This document shows, piece after piece, positions 35,678 through 44,038 of a stretch of 56,877 nucleotides of DNA (the stretch's first letter is position 1; each line of letters begins with the position of its first letter). Made by a program: the position numbers and the translations under genes. This DNA is from Prevotellaceae bacterium (lineage in GTDB: Bacteria; Bacteroidota; Bacteroidia; Bacteroidales; UBA932). The stretch spans positions 1-56,877 of the forward strand of contig JAITQN010000037.1 of NCBI GenBank assembly GCA_031288865.1, written 5' to 3'. Below the pieces are notes generated by a model that saw only the letters and a list, made by a program, of their open reading frames with translations, ran no database searches and had not been told where the DNA came from.

Positions 35678-37723
35678 ATGAAAAAGCTATCATTACTTTT
35701 ACTTGCAGCTTGCTTTGCCCTGGTGTCCTGCGAAAAGGACGAAGGCACAGCCATTACCCTCGAAGCGCCCGACAACTTGCAAATAGTGCCGGACGATGTG
35801 GAGGTCAGCGCAACCCTGTCGTGGGACGCAGTGGCCAACGCCGCTGACTACGAATTGCTGCTTAACGGCGGCGGCACGGCGGTGCCATACATAGTGTCCG
35901 ACGACTGGATGATCATCACCGCACTGGACTATGACGTGGACTATACCTGGAAAGTGCGCGCCAGAGCCAACAAAGGCGAGGTGACCGGCGACTGGTCGGC
36001 CGAAGCCTCATTTCGCATCAACGCCCCGGATGACTCCGGACAAGGCCCGGAACCCGGCCCGGGACGGCTGCCTGTGCCCACCGGATTGCAGCACCAAATC
36101 GAAACCACCGGCGCTGTGGCGCTGAACTGGAACGGCGGCGAAGAAGGATACCTGTACTCCTACGAAATAGAAGTGAACGGAAGGGTGTACACCTCGCCGG
36201 CAAGCAGCTATCTGTTCGATAACCCCACGCCCGACTATGATTACAAGTGGCGGGTGCGTGCCAAAAACGAGGGCGAAAAAGGTACCGCATACAGCAACTG
36301 GACAACCCGAAGCAGCTTCCGGATTATTTCCGCGCCCACCGAATTGAAAGCGCAGTTCAACAACGACGGCGATGTGCAACTGAGCTGGACCGGCGGCGCC
36401 AGTGATTACTCCTACGACGTAGAGGTAAGTAATGGAACGGATCCTTCTACGCATACTACGCTACAAGGAACCACCTACCTGTATGATACGGACGGAAAGC
36501 CTGTCGGCCAATATACGTGGAGAGTGCGCGCCAGGAAAGGCGACAATTACAGCGCATGGTCGTCGGAAACCTTTAACATTGACGCCGCCGGCGCGGTGTC
36601 CACACCGTCCGGGTTGAGCCACCGGTTCGAAGACAACAGCGATGTGACCCTGCTATGGTCGAGCGTGAATGCCGACGGCTATGAAATAGACGTGAACGGA
36701 ACAACCTACACCGCAACGACAAACCAGCTGGCGCTCGGCAGCAACGCGATATCGGCCGGCGAGTACGCGTGGAAAGTGCGCGCTCAAAAAGGCAGCGACT
36801 ACAGCCAATGGTCAACGGCGGTTACGTTTGAAGTGCTTAGCCGGCCCATCAAGCTAACCACCACCAAGAACAGCGATGGCAGTGTCACGCTGAACTGGGC
36901 GGCAGTTACCGGCGCCGAAAGCTACGAACTCAATATGGGGGGAACGACATCTGCTGTTGCCGGAACCTCCTACACGGTCACTGCGGACAATTTACAACCC
37001 GAAACGACTTACACGTGGAAAGTCCGCGCAAAGAAAGCCGGCAACAACACCTACAGCAAGTGGTCGGACGCCACGTTCCGAACAAAACTACTGGTTAAGG
37101 GCGCCTGGAACGCCAATGATGCGGTGTTCACTGCCACGTTGAAAACAGCAACAGGGGATTTGGACGATTTGTTAATGCGTGAAGGTAGTCATCCCACCGG
37201 TCAGGCGATACAGATAACCGTTGCGGCAGACGGCGACAACTTAAAACTGGGCAGCGTATCCGGCGTGGACTACTACATCACCGGCGGCGCCTCCTCCTCG
37301 TTTGGCATTGATGCGCAATTGGCCGACCTGCCGCTCACCGGCAGCGAGGCCACCGGCACGGTAAGCGGTGAGAAAACTATCACCGGCAATAACGTCTATA
37401 CCAGAAATACAAATAGAAACTTTAATGCCTTGCCGCAGTTTTACTATGATATGCTGCCGGAGATAAACGACTTCCTATCTTATATCGGCACTTCCAAAGT
37501 ACAAACTATGACGCTCACGGTAACCAAGGTTGCCCTTACCGGCACGCTTGGCGTCGACGACCGCATGACCTACAGTTTTACGTATGATGTAGATATAACG
37601 ATAACACACAATATTTCCGCTTTTATACTTGCAGCGGCCGGGAAAACTTCAAGTTTTGCGAATGATGAATTGGCGAAATTGACGCCGCGTCAGCTGCACA
37701 CCGACATCGTGTGCGTGAAGTAG
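35678..37723 (+). CDS. Surface lipoprotein with five Fn3-like repeats and a C-terminal ~230-aa domain
   Basis: ATG 35678, lipobox FALVSCEKDEG. Five ~90-aa repeats each carry L.W..V..A..YE(L/I).(V/L)NG ... Y.W(K/R)VRA ... WS....F. Confidence 0.7.
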   Translation: MKKLSLLLLAACFALVSCEKDEGTAITLEAPDNLQIVPDDVEVSATLSWDAVANAADYELLLNGGGTAVPYIVSDDWMIITALDYDVDYTWKVRARANKGEVTGDWSAEASFRINAPDDSGQGPEPGPGRLPVPTGLQHQIETTGAVALNWNGGEEGYLYSYEIEVNGRVYTSPASSYLFDNPTPDYDYKWRVRAKNEGEKGTAYSNWTTRSSFRIISAPTELKAQFNNDGDVQLSWTGGASDYSYDVEVSNGTDPSTHTTLQGTTYLYDTDGKPVGQYTWRVRARKGDNYSAWSSETFNIDAAGAVSTPSGLSHRFEDNSDVTLLWSSVNADGYEIDVNGTTYTATTNQLALGSNAISAGEYAWKVRAQKGSDYSQWSTAVTFEVLSRPIKLTTTKNSDGSVTLNWAAVTGAESYELNMGGTTSAVAGTSYTVTADNLQPETTYTWKVRAKKAGNNTYSKWSDATFRTKLLVKGAWNANDAVFTATLKTATGDLDDLLMREGSHPTGQAIQITVAADGDNLKLGSVSGVDYYITGGASSSFGIDAQLADLPLTGSEATGTVSGEKTITGNNVYTRNTNRNFNALPQFYYDMLPEINDFLSYIGTSKVQTMTLTVTKVALTGTLGVDDRMTYSFTYDVDITITHNISAFILAAAGKTSSFANDELAKLTPRQLHTDIVCVK

Positions 37724-37752
37724 AATTTAGATTGGTTGGTTGGTAATAAAAA

Positions 37753-37781
37753 ATGTCATACATTTGTATGACATTTTTTTG
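37753..37781 (+). terminator. Rho-independent terminator closing the island operon(s)
   Basis: ATGTCATACA / TGTATGACAT perfect 10-nt arms (37753-37762 and 37765-37774), followed by T7 and preceded by an A-run (potentially bidirectional). Confidence 0.75.
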
Positions 37782-37842
37782 GTATATATGCCAAAAATGG
37801 TTGGCGATTCGCAGTATAAGCATTAGTATGTCAACAAACTAT

Positions 37843-37884
37843 ATTAAGTTTATTGAAATCATTTTCAATAAACTTAATTTTTAT
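37843..37884 (+). terminator. Second terminator-like hairpin
   Basis: ATTAAGTTTATTGAAA (37843-37858), loop tcat, TTTCAATAAACTTAAT (37863-37878), then TTTTT. Confidence 0.6.
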
Positions 37885-38179
37885 GTCAAAAAACAGGCGA
37901 TTTAGATATTGGGCGTGCGGTAGTTTTGCAATAATAAAATGAGGTAACCGTTTAGTGAGTAGAGATATAAATGCAGCGCTTGCGGCGTGTTTTCTACTCA
38001 CATAAACCCGGGTGTAAGTAAAAAGAATTGCGAGCACTGGTTCAGGGAATGGATAGTTGGGAAACAGACATTTAGTTAATTAGTTAAGAAGAGCGGATAT
38101 AGCGAAAGGACATTAAAACGTCTTTTTTATGATTATTTAAATTGTTATCCTGAATCAGTAGTATTGCGTTAATTTTATA

Positions 38180-38431
38180 ATGATGCTCTTCGGACAGCTA
38201 TCCAACCGTGAAAGCCTCAGGGATCTGATAACAGTAGTCCAAGCACACCGCTCCAAAGCCTATCACCTGGGATTGGGCAAGGCGGTAAATATCTCAACCC
38301 TCGCCTGCGCCCGCCGACTTCGTGCTAATGCGGCCTTTGAGGTCAACACAAACGGAGAGATATATGCCTTCGACTCCTCTACCATATCACTGTGCTTATC
38401 CGTAGTCTGGTGGGCGACATACAAGCGCCAA
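38180..38431 (+). pseudogene. IS4-family (DUF4372-type) transposase remnant, N- and C-truncated with an internal deletion
   Basis: FGQLSNRESLRDLITVVQAHRSKAYHLGLGKAVNISTLA and GEIYAFDSSTISLCLSVVWWA match two conserved N-terminal blocks of Bacteroidota IS4 transposases, but the ~45 aa normally between them are missing. The DDE domain is absent. The ORF continues to 38746 in unrelated sequence. Confidence 0.6.
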
Positions 38432-39162
38432 TACATCTCGAAGTATATTTTTTCCGGACGACCCGTCGATTATACAGGGTTATACCAACTATTGATTAAT
38501 AAGAAGAACGAAATTGAAGCTTATGAATTAAGTTTGATAAATCAAGGTGGGGAACTAACACCGGAACGACTTAATGGGTTTGTCGATAACATTTTGTTGT
38601 CTAAGGATAAAATTAGGGATACATCTGATGGGCTTAATATAGATACTGTATTTCCAAAGGTTTCAGAACAGGAAATTATAAACACCTCTAATGCAGATAA
38701 ATATCCGGTCTGGATTATTTCACGTCCAATCAAAGGAAAAAAGTAGTTGTAAAAATAAAAAGTAGTTGTAAAAAGATAAAGACATATCTCAATCTATCAA
38801 ATTTTCTAAATAACACTTTGTGTTGTTCCTCCTTTTTCGATAACGAGTGGTGCAAGTTTTCATCATTGCGAATCCGCTCCAACTCGTCGGCTACGATTTG
38901 CTTGGTTTCGGCTTTGATACGTTTGTAGTTTTCCTGTAGCTTAAAGTTCCGGCGGCTATCCGCTTGTTATCGACAATAATCTCGCAATGAAGATCTATGG
39001 TCTTTGCTGTATCGTCAACCACCTGACCGGAAAAGATATTATCTGCCGTATTCATAACGACAGCGGCTTCTTTGTCGCCATAAACGCCCCGAAGCTATGT
39101 TTCTGGGGCATGGCAGCTTGTGGTGTTATGTTGATAAATAATATCCGTCTACATCCAATTTT

Positions 39163-40380
39163 CTACCAAAATTCATACATTACCATCAGAAATTCCATGC
39201 TTTTATTCTTTTTATCTTTTAAAATGTTCCTTAGCTCCTCATTTTCAAAACTCGCCATATTGTTTTTTGATAGCGTTATCATTTCTTCTACTTCGTGAGG
39301 TAAATAAATTCCTACATAATGATTATTATAAATAGTCATCGGGCGCGGTATAATATTAGGAATATTTATTTTATTATCAATCGGTATCTCTTTGGGAGTA
39401 AAAGATTTATTTCTAGCTTTATCGAACCAATAAGTTGTTGAAGCAATCATATTGTTTTTTTCATGTGCTATTTGATAGGAAACAAATCCTTTTGTTTCTA
39501 ATATTGGTGGCTTCAAATGGGTGTAATTAGAATGTTGTATTAAATTGAAAACTTGCTGCATAGTTAGATACTCCTTTCTTTTCTCCCAAAGGCTTTTTTT
39601 CTGATTGACAACATACTTGGCAGAGTACGTGGAATCATTAATGATTTGGTAGATCGTATCAGATAAAACGGGAGTAAATAACAACTGTTCTTTATAATTA
39701 TATTGTAGCGCATTACTAATGATCGCTTCTTTTTGTATTGGATAATAAGGAAATCCTTTGCATATAACGGAGTCAATGGAAGATATTATTAAATTATAAT
39801 TATGTTCTATATCCAGACTATACGATTGAGCAAATGTGGTTTGATTTACAAACTTATCGCCAAGCATTTCTAAATAAAAACAGGGAGCTGCCTTGGTTTT
39901 TTTGACAAATTGACCATTCAGCGAATAATAAAGCATACTTAATGAAAGTCGATCCGGTATAACAATTAGTGTATCTTTCCTTGATATAGTTATATCCATC
40001 AATCCATGATATTCTTCTGGCCCTCCTCCTTTGCTGTGAATGATGTGAATCAGTTTTCCCGAAATATCAAATATATATATACTTTCGGATTTAAATGCAT
40101 CCAAAACGATCACATGATTATCATAAATGACTAATTTATCAAATATTCCAATAGGTTCTTTAGAAAAAAACGGGATATAACGAATATCTTTAATTTTTGT
40201 GTTAATATCTTCCAATGGCAGCGATTCAAAATCGTGCGCGTCAATAATCTCAACCGGTAAATCTTGTCTTAATCGAAAAGATTCAGATGCTAAAATTTGG
40301 GAAGTAACCGGATTCTTTTCCTTTGTTTTACATGAAATTAATAGGAGAGTCACTGCTATGTAGATGGATATTTTTTTCAT
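39163..40380 (-). CDS. Six-bladed-beta-propeller-type lipoprotein (BF3164/DUF5128-like), paralog 0
   Basis: Lipobox LLLISCKTKE. Shares family blocks with six paralogs downstream (DKLVIYDNHVIVLD, IFDISGKLI, SKGGGPEEY). Confidence 0.75.
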   Translation of the reverse strand: MKKISIYIAVTLLLISCKTKEKNPVTSQILASESFRLRQDLPVEIIDAHDFESLPLEDINTKIKDIRYIPFFSKEPIGIFDKLVIYDNHVIVLDAFKSESIYIFDISGKLIHIIHSKGGGPEEYHGLMDITISRKDTLIVIPDRLSLSMLYYSLNGQFVKKTKAAPCFYLEMLGDKFVNQTTFAQSYSLDIEHNYNLIISSIDSVICKGFPYYPIQKEAIISNALQYNYKEQLLFTPVLSDTIYQIINDSTYSAKYVVNQKKSLWEKRKEYLTMQQVFNLIQHSNYTHLKPPILETKGFVSYQIAHEKNNMIASTTYWFDKARNKSFTPKEIPIDNKINIPNIIPRPMTIYNNHYVGIYLPHEVEEMITLSKNNMASFENEELRNILKDKKNKSMEFLMVMYEFW

Positions 40381-40541
40381 GCTCTTTTTTTGTTTTTAAT
40401 GATTTATCAATTAGAGTGCCTAAAGAAAGCGCCCAAAATTAATATATAATTTACTGGCAATCAATCTATTATTTTTTTTATAAGATCCTATGTCAAATGC
40501 AGAAAATATAGCGATTTTGAGCACTCTCATAATTTTGTTAT

Positions 40542-40742
40542 TTAAATTGACTCTGAATCTGGAATACATCCGGTTCCATTTACACCAACACCTCCTCCTG
40601 TACTGTCCGAATATGAACATGAATGGTATGTCGGTGTCCACGAGCCTCCCATTGTGTTATACCAATGAGATTCAGTATCCCAATCTTGATTATTAAATTC
40701 ATAAGCTAATGCCTCCACATTGGCTAACGAAAGCCCTGGCAA
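40542..40742 (-). pseudogene. NVEALA-motif peptide gene lacking its N-terminal signal-anchor (5'-truncated)
   Basis: It reads (stop)KLNENQ-LPGLSLANVEALAYEF..., with only a TTG available as start. The frame upstream closes at 40761-40763, inside the 3' end of the neighbouring DUF1793 gene. The intact paralogs have ~30 more N-terminal residues. Confidence 0.6.
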
Positions 40743-40753
40743 TTGATTCTCAT

Positions 40754-43225
40754 TTAGTTTTTAACTTTTAGTTTCAATTTGTCTTCCAACATTCTTATGT
40801 AAACCGCTCCGACAACCGGTCGTGCAAAAAACATCCGGTGGGTTGGTGTATCCGTGTTGTAAAAATCGGGCATCGGGTCACGGTGCATTGTTTCGTTCAT
40901 AAACCGGTAGATTGGAAGGATAAATTTTCTGAACGAAGCACTATCATTTGTCAAAGCTGCGGTAAACAGCGACCAGTCTGTTTTTGCATATTGTTCCCGC
41001 CCATCCAGCGGAAGCCCGTATTCATTTAGTTTCATCGCATAGTAGGCCTCTTCTGTTTCGGTAATATAGGGCGAAAATATATTCATATTCAATATTTTAT
41101 CCCAGATAAGATTGTATTTCTGGCTCCAGGTACTGTCAACCTGGTCGAATGCCATTTTGTAATGATCGCGTGCGTTTGCCGCCCGTTCCCACTCTTTTGC
41201 CATTTCCTTTGCCCGCCTAATATACGATTCTCCCAGTTCTTTCTGCTTCAGCATACTCGCCAAACGTCCGTAGGAGGCGATTCCCAAAATGGCTTTGATG
41301 GATAAATTGGTGTTTTGGGAATAGCTTGGCGCAAAATTATCACTCGTTATTTGATTTTCCGGATATACCCCGATTTCAAGCAAATAGCGTGTCCAGCGAG
41401 AAAGCGTTTCCCAATGCTTAGCCGCATAGCCGGCGTTTCCTTCTACGGTAGCGATAGCTGCAGCCATGATCAACATATTGCCGACTTCTTCTATCGGCAA
41501 ATCGGCGAAGAAACTCTGTCCGTTCGCCAAGGGATAATATCCTACATCGTGCGCCGGATATGGCTTCTGCCACTGTCCACTTTCGCTGTAGTAAAATACC
41601 GGATTCATCAGGGCTTTCATCAATTCGGTATTGTAATACAGGTACAGGGGCGAGGCAGGAAAAAATATATCCACTACACCCATCTCTATGCCAAACAACA
41701 TGCGCTCTCCTTCGGACGATGCCACTAATTTATACGAGGTTGCAGTTTGCCGGTAGGCTAAAGCACACAGTCCGGCATATTCTTTTCCGCCAAGTTCTGT
41801 GGCTTTCACCATGATTTCGTGATTCAGGCGGGCACACTTTTCTACTAACGAGACGTATTCCCTGTTTGCATCCCGGAATACCTGTTCGATATGCCGGTTC
41901 TCTTTCCGGTTCCAGTATGGGCGGAGATTTTCGCCAAAATACTGGATTGCAAATATATCATCGTATCCAGCCAGGATTTTTCCCGATGCTTTTTTCGATT
42001 TTCCCAGCGCTTGACTGATGGCTATCACGGAATTTTCCTCCGATTTGGCACATTCCTGCAGATGTCCCGTTTCCAGAAATGACTTTCGCATAACAACCGG
42101 ATAGCCGACGTCGCATGTGGCGTTTTCTTCTTCGGCGCTCAGGTAAAAATAACCCCATCCTTCAGCATCCCTGTCCAGCATTTTCTGTACAATACTCCCG
42201 GTTTTGGCAAAGAGCATTTTGTCTTTCCGGTAACATTCCGCTTGACTGGGACGGTTGCTTTTTGTACATGCCCATTCCGGGTGAGCTTCCAGATAGATTT
42301 CGACCTGATGTTCTTCTCCGTCTAAGGAGTTGGTTTTATAAGCAATATAATTAACTGGACGTCCCATTAAATCCACATTGTCTATTAGGAAAGGCGCTAT
42401 GAAACTAAGTTCCAGTTCTACATTTCCACATTCAAAAACATATTGTGTTTGGGTAGGTTGAAGATCTACCGATTTTTGAACGGCAGTTCTTTCTAGGCAA
42501 GAGCCCGCATGTTCCGCATAAATCCCAAAATCGACCAAACCACCGCCATAGAAGTTATGACAATGAGCAGCGATCGTTATTTTTCCGTCCAATGCCTTTT
42601 CAATGATTTCTTTAGGAATCTCCACTTCCACATTCTTGTACCATTCATAACCGGTTTTTACCAACACGATGCCGTTGACATACAACTCAAAAGTATCATC
42701 ATGAGAATACCTCAATATGAACCGCTTTCCTTTGGTGGAGGTGTCATTTAATCGAATTTCCCGGCGCACCCATATATCGGATGAAAGCCACAGGGTATGT
42801 ACATTTTGTTCTTCTCTTGTTCCGAAAGCGGCTTCGCCTTCCATCCAATGGCTGTCATCGAAGTCGGTTCTCTGCCAGCCTTCGGTGGGTTGCTCGAATG
42901 TGTATTTGCCATACCATTCATTTTCGTAAGAGATGGGAGCTAAGACTTCATGAGCTACTACATCCAGGCCCATAAAGCGATAGACTTCGCCATCGACGCG
43001 AATAGCGCCCACCATCGGCATTTCTCTTCCAAAAGAACTTTTAACCGTTTGCCGGTATAATGTATCTGTTCTTATCCAGGAACTGATCTTCGGGTCTATC
43101 GTTACAAGGGGATATGCCGGAGAGCGAAGTTCATTGCGAATGAACGGAATCTGCGATGTGTCTTTCTCACACGAAGTGACGATAAAACACACCAAAGGGA
43201 GCAATAAAAGAGTTATCTTTCTCAT
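40754..43225 (-). CDS. Glutaminase-A-like putative glycoside hydrolase (DUF4964/DUF5127/DUF4965/DUF1793 architecture), intermediate-GC copy
   Basis: ATG 43225 (MRKITLLLLPLVCFIVTSCEKD). LRSPAYPLVTIDPKISSW, VGAIRVDGEVYRFMG and YDDIFAIQYFGENLRPYW are collinear with 30746-33247. Confidence 0.8.
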   Translation of the reverse strand: MRKITLLLLPLVCFIVTSCEKDTSQIPFIRNELRSPAYPLVTIDPKISSWIRTDTLYRQTVKSSFGREMPMVGAIRVDGEVYRFMGLDVVAHEVLAPISYENEWYGKYTFEQPTEGWQRTDFDDSHWMEGEAAFGTREEQNVHTLWLSSDIWVRREIRLNDTSTKGKRFILRYSHDDTFELYVNGIVLVKTGYEWYKNVEVEIPKEIIEKALDGKITIAAHCHNFYGGGLVDFGIYAEHAGSCLERTAVQKSVDLQPTQTQYVFECGNVELELSFIAPFLIDNVDLMGRPVNYIAYKTNSLDGEEHQVEIYLEAHPEWACTKSNRPSQAECYRKDKMLFAKTGSIVQKMLDRDAEGWGYFYLSAEEENATCDVGYPVVMRKSFLETGHLQECAKSEENSVIAISQALGKSKKASGKILAGYDDIFAIQYFGENLRPYWNRKENRHIEQVFRDANREYVSLVEKCARLNHEIMVKATELGGKEYAGLCALAYRQTATSYKLVASSEGERMLFGIEMGVVDIFFPASPLYLYYNTELMKALMNPVFYYSESGQWQKPYPAHDVGYYPLANGQSFFADLPIEEVGNMLIMAAAIATVEGNAGYAAKHWETLSRWTRYLLEIGVYPENQITSDNFAPSYSQNTNLSIKAILGIASYGRLASMLKQKELGESYIRRAKEMAKEWERAANARDHYKMAFDQVDSTWSQKYNLIWDKILNMNIFSPYITETEEAYYAMKLNEYGLPLDGREQYAKTDWSLFTAALTNDSASFRKFILPIYRFMNETMHRDPMPDFYNTDTPTHRMFFARPVVGAVYIRMLEDKLKLKVKN

Positions 43226-43418
43226 AACAGTATCGTTTTTATTTCCATATTTGTTCACCTTTCTTGTAAAGAAAAATTCGTTCCTGTACGTTCCGGCTAT
43301 GATTTTTCAGATACAGCAATGTGTCGGCTGGAACATTTTGATAAAACAGCTTCTTTTCCATTGGCGTCGATGGTTAATCGGCTTTACATCCCTCCTTTTT
43401 TTGTGTTCGTGCAGGGCT

Positions 43419-43688
43419 TTATAATAACTTGGCATAACCATCTAATGCTTTGCCTTCATAACAATAGCAGTAAGGCATATTTTCAATCAGAAAACAGGCG
43501 GCTTTGTATTTCAAATTGTCTTCGGGGTATTGTTTGTAGCAGAGCAGTACTTTTTTCAGTTCCGGACGACTCTCTCCCGCTAGGGCAAGGACTTGCTCCA
43601 GAATGGAAACTTCCTCTTTCGGCAGGCAAACAGACAAAAGAAAAATGGCAAAAAGAGTAAATACCGATAATGTCTTTTTTATTTTCAC
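43419..43688 (-). pseudogene. N-terminal fragment (89 aa) of a transglutaminase-like lipoprotein paralog
   Basis: LEQVLALAGESRPELKKVLLCYKQYPEDNLKYKAACFLIENMP parallels residues ~25-70 of 44039-45760 (LKQAGNNRTELEKVLKHYGKTPADSLKLRAAEFLITNMP). It then stops, and no catalytic core follows. Confidence 0.55.
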
Positions 43689-43810
43689 GGCGTTTCAAAA
43701 AGGGCATAAAGATTTCTCTGCAAAGATAACATATTCTTTTTGAAAAACAATTAAATATGTGCGAAATGGAGGGTGACCCAGTCCATTAAATAATTTTTTC
43801 CATTCAAAAA

Positions 43811-44038
43811 CTTTCATTACCTTTGCCACCAAACCAAACAATATGAATTCTTTTCATATTATATTTATAAAATCTGTTTTCTATTTTCACACGCCCACTA
43901 TCTGGCTACTGGGCAAAAATAATTTCGATAGGTAAAGCCCTTGCTGCGCTCTTGCCGGCAGAGGCTTTGACCAAATAAATTTACCGCCTTGTTTATTCAA
44001 AAAGTTGTGCATAGTACTATAAATTCCGCAACGTTAAT
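43811..44038 (+). promoter_or_regulatory. Conserved non-coding leader, type 2, copy 1 (upstream of the transglutaminase-like gene)
   Basis: About 230 nt alignable by eye over most positions with 55868-56149 (e.g. ctatctggc..tgggcaaaaataatttcga.aggt.aaagc.cttgc.gc.ctcttgccggcag.agct.tgacc.aataaatttaccgcc). Confidence 0.6.

Noticed and set aside
38987-39298. 103-aa + strand ORF overlapping the 3' end of the minus-strand propeller gene and the decayed-ORF zone.
   Set aside because: It overlaps a well-supported gene on the opposite strand. Its composition and hydrophobic low-complexity tail look like an AT-rich shadow frame.
40420-40696. Small ORFs 40420-40641(-) and 40490-40696(+) around the truncated NVEALA gene.
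   Set aside because: They are alternative frames of the same short region. Only the frame containing LANVEALA has recognisable family similarity.
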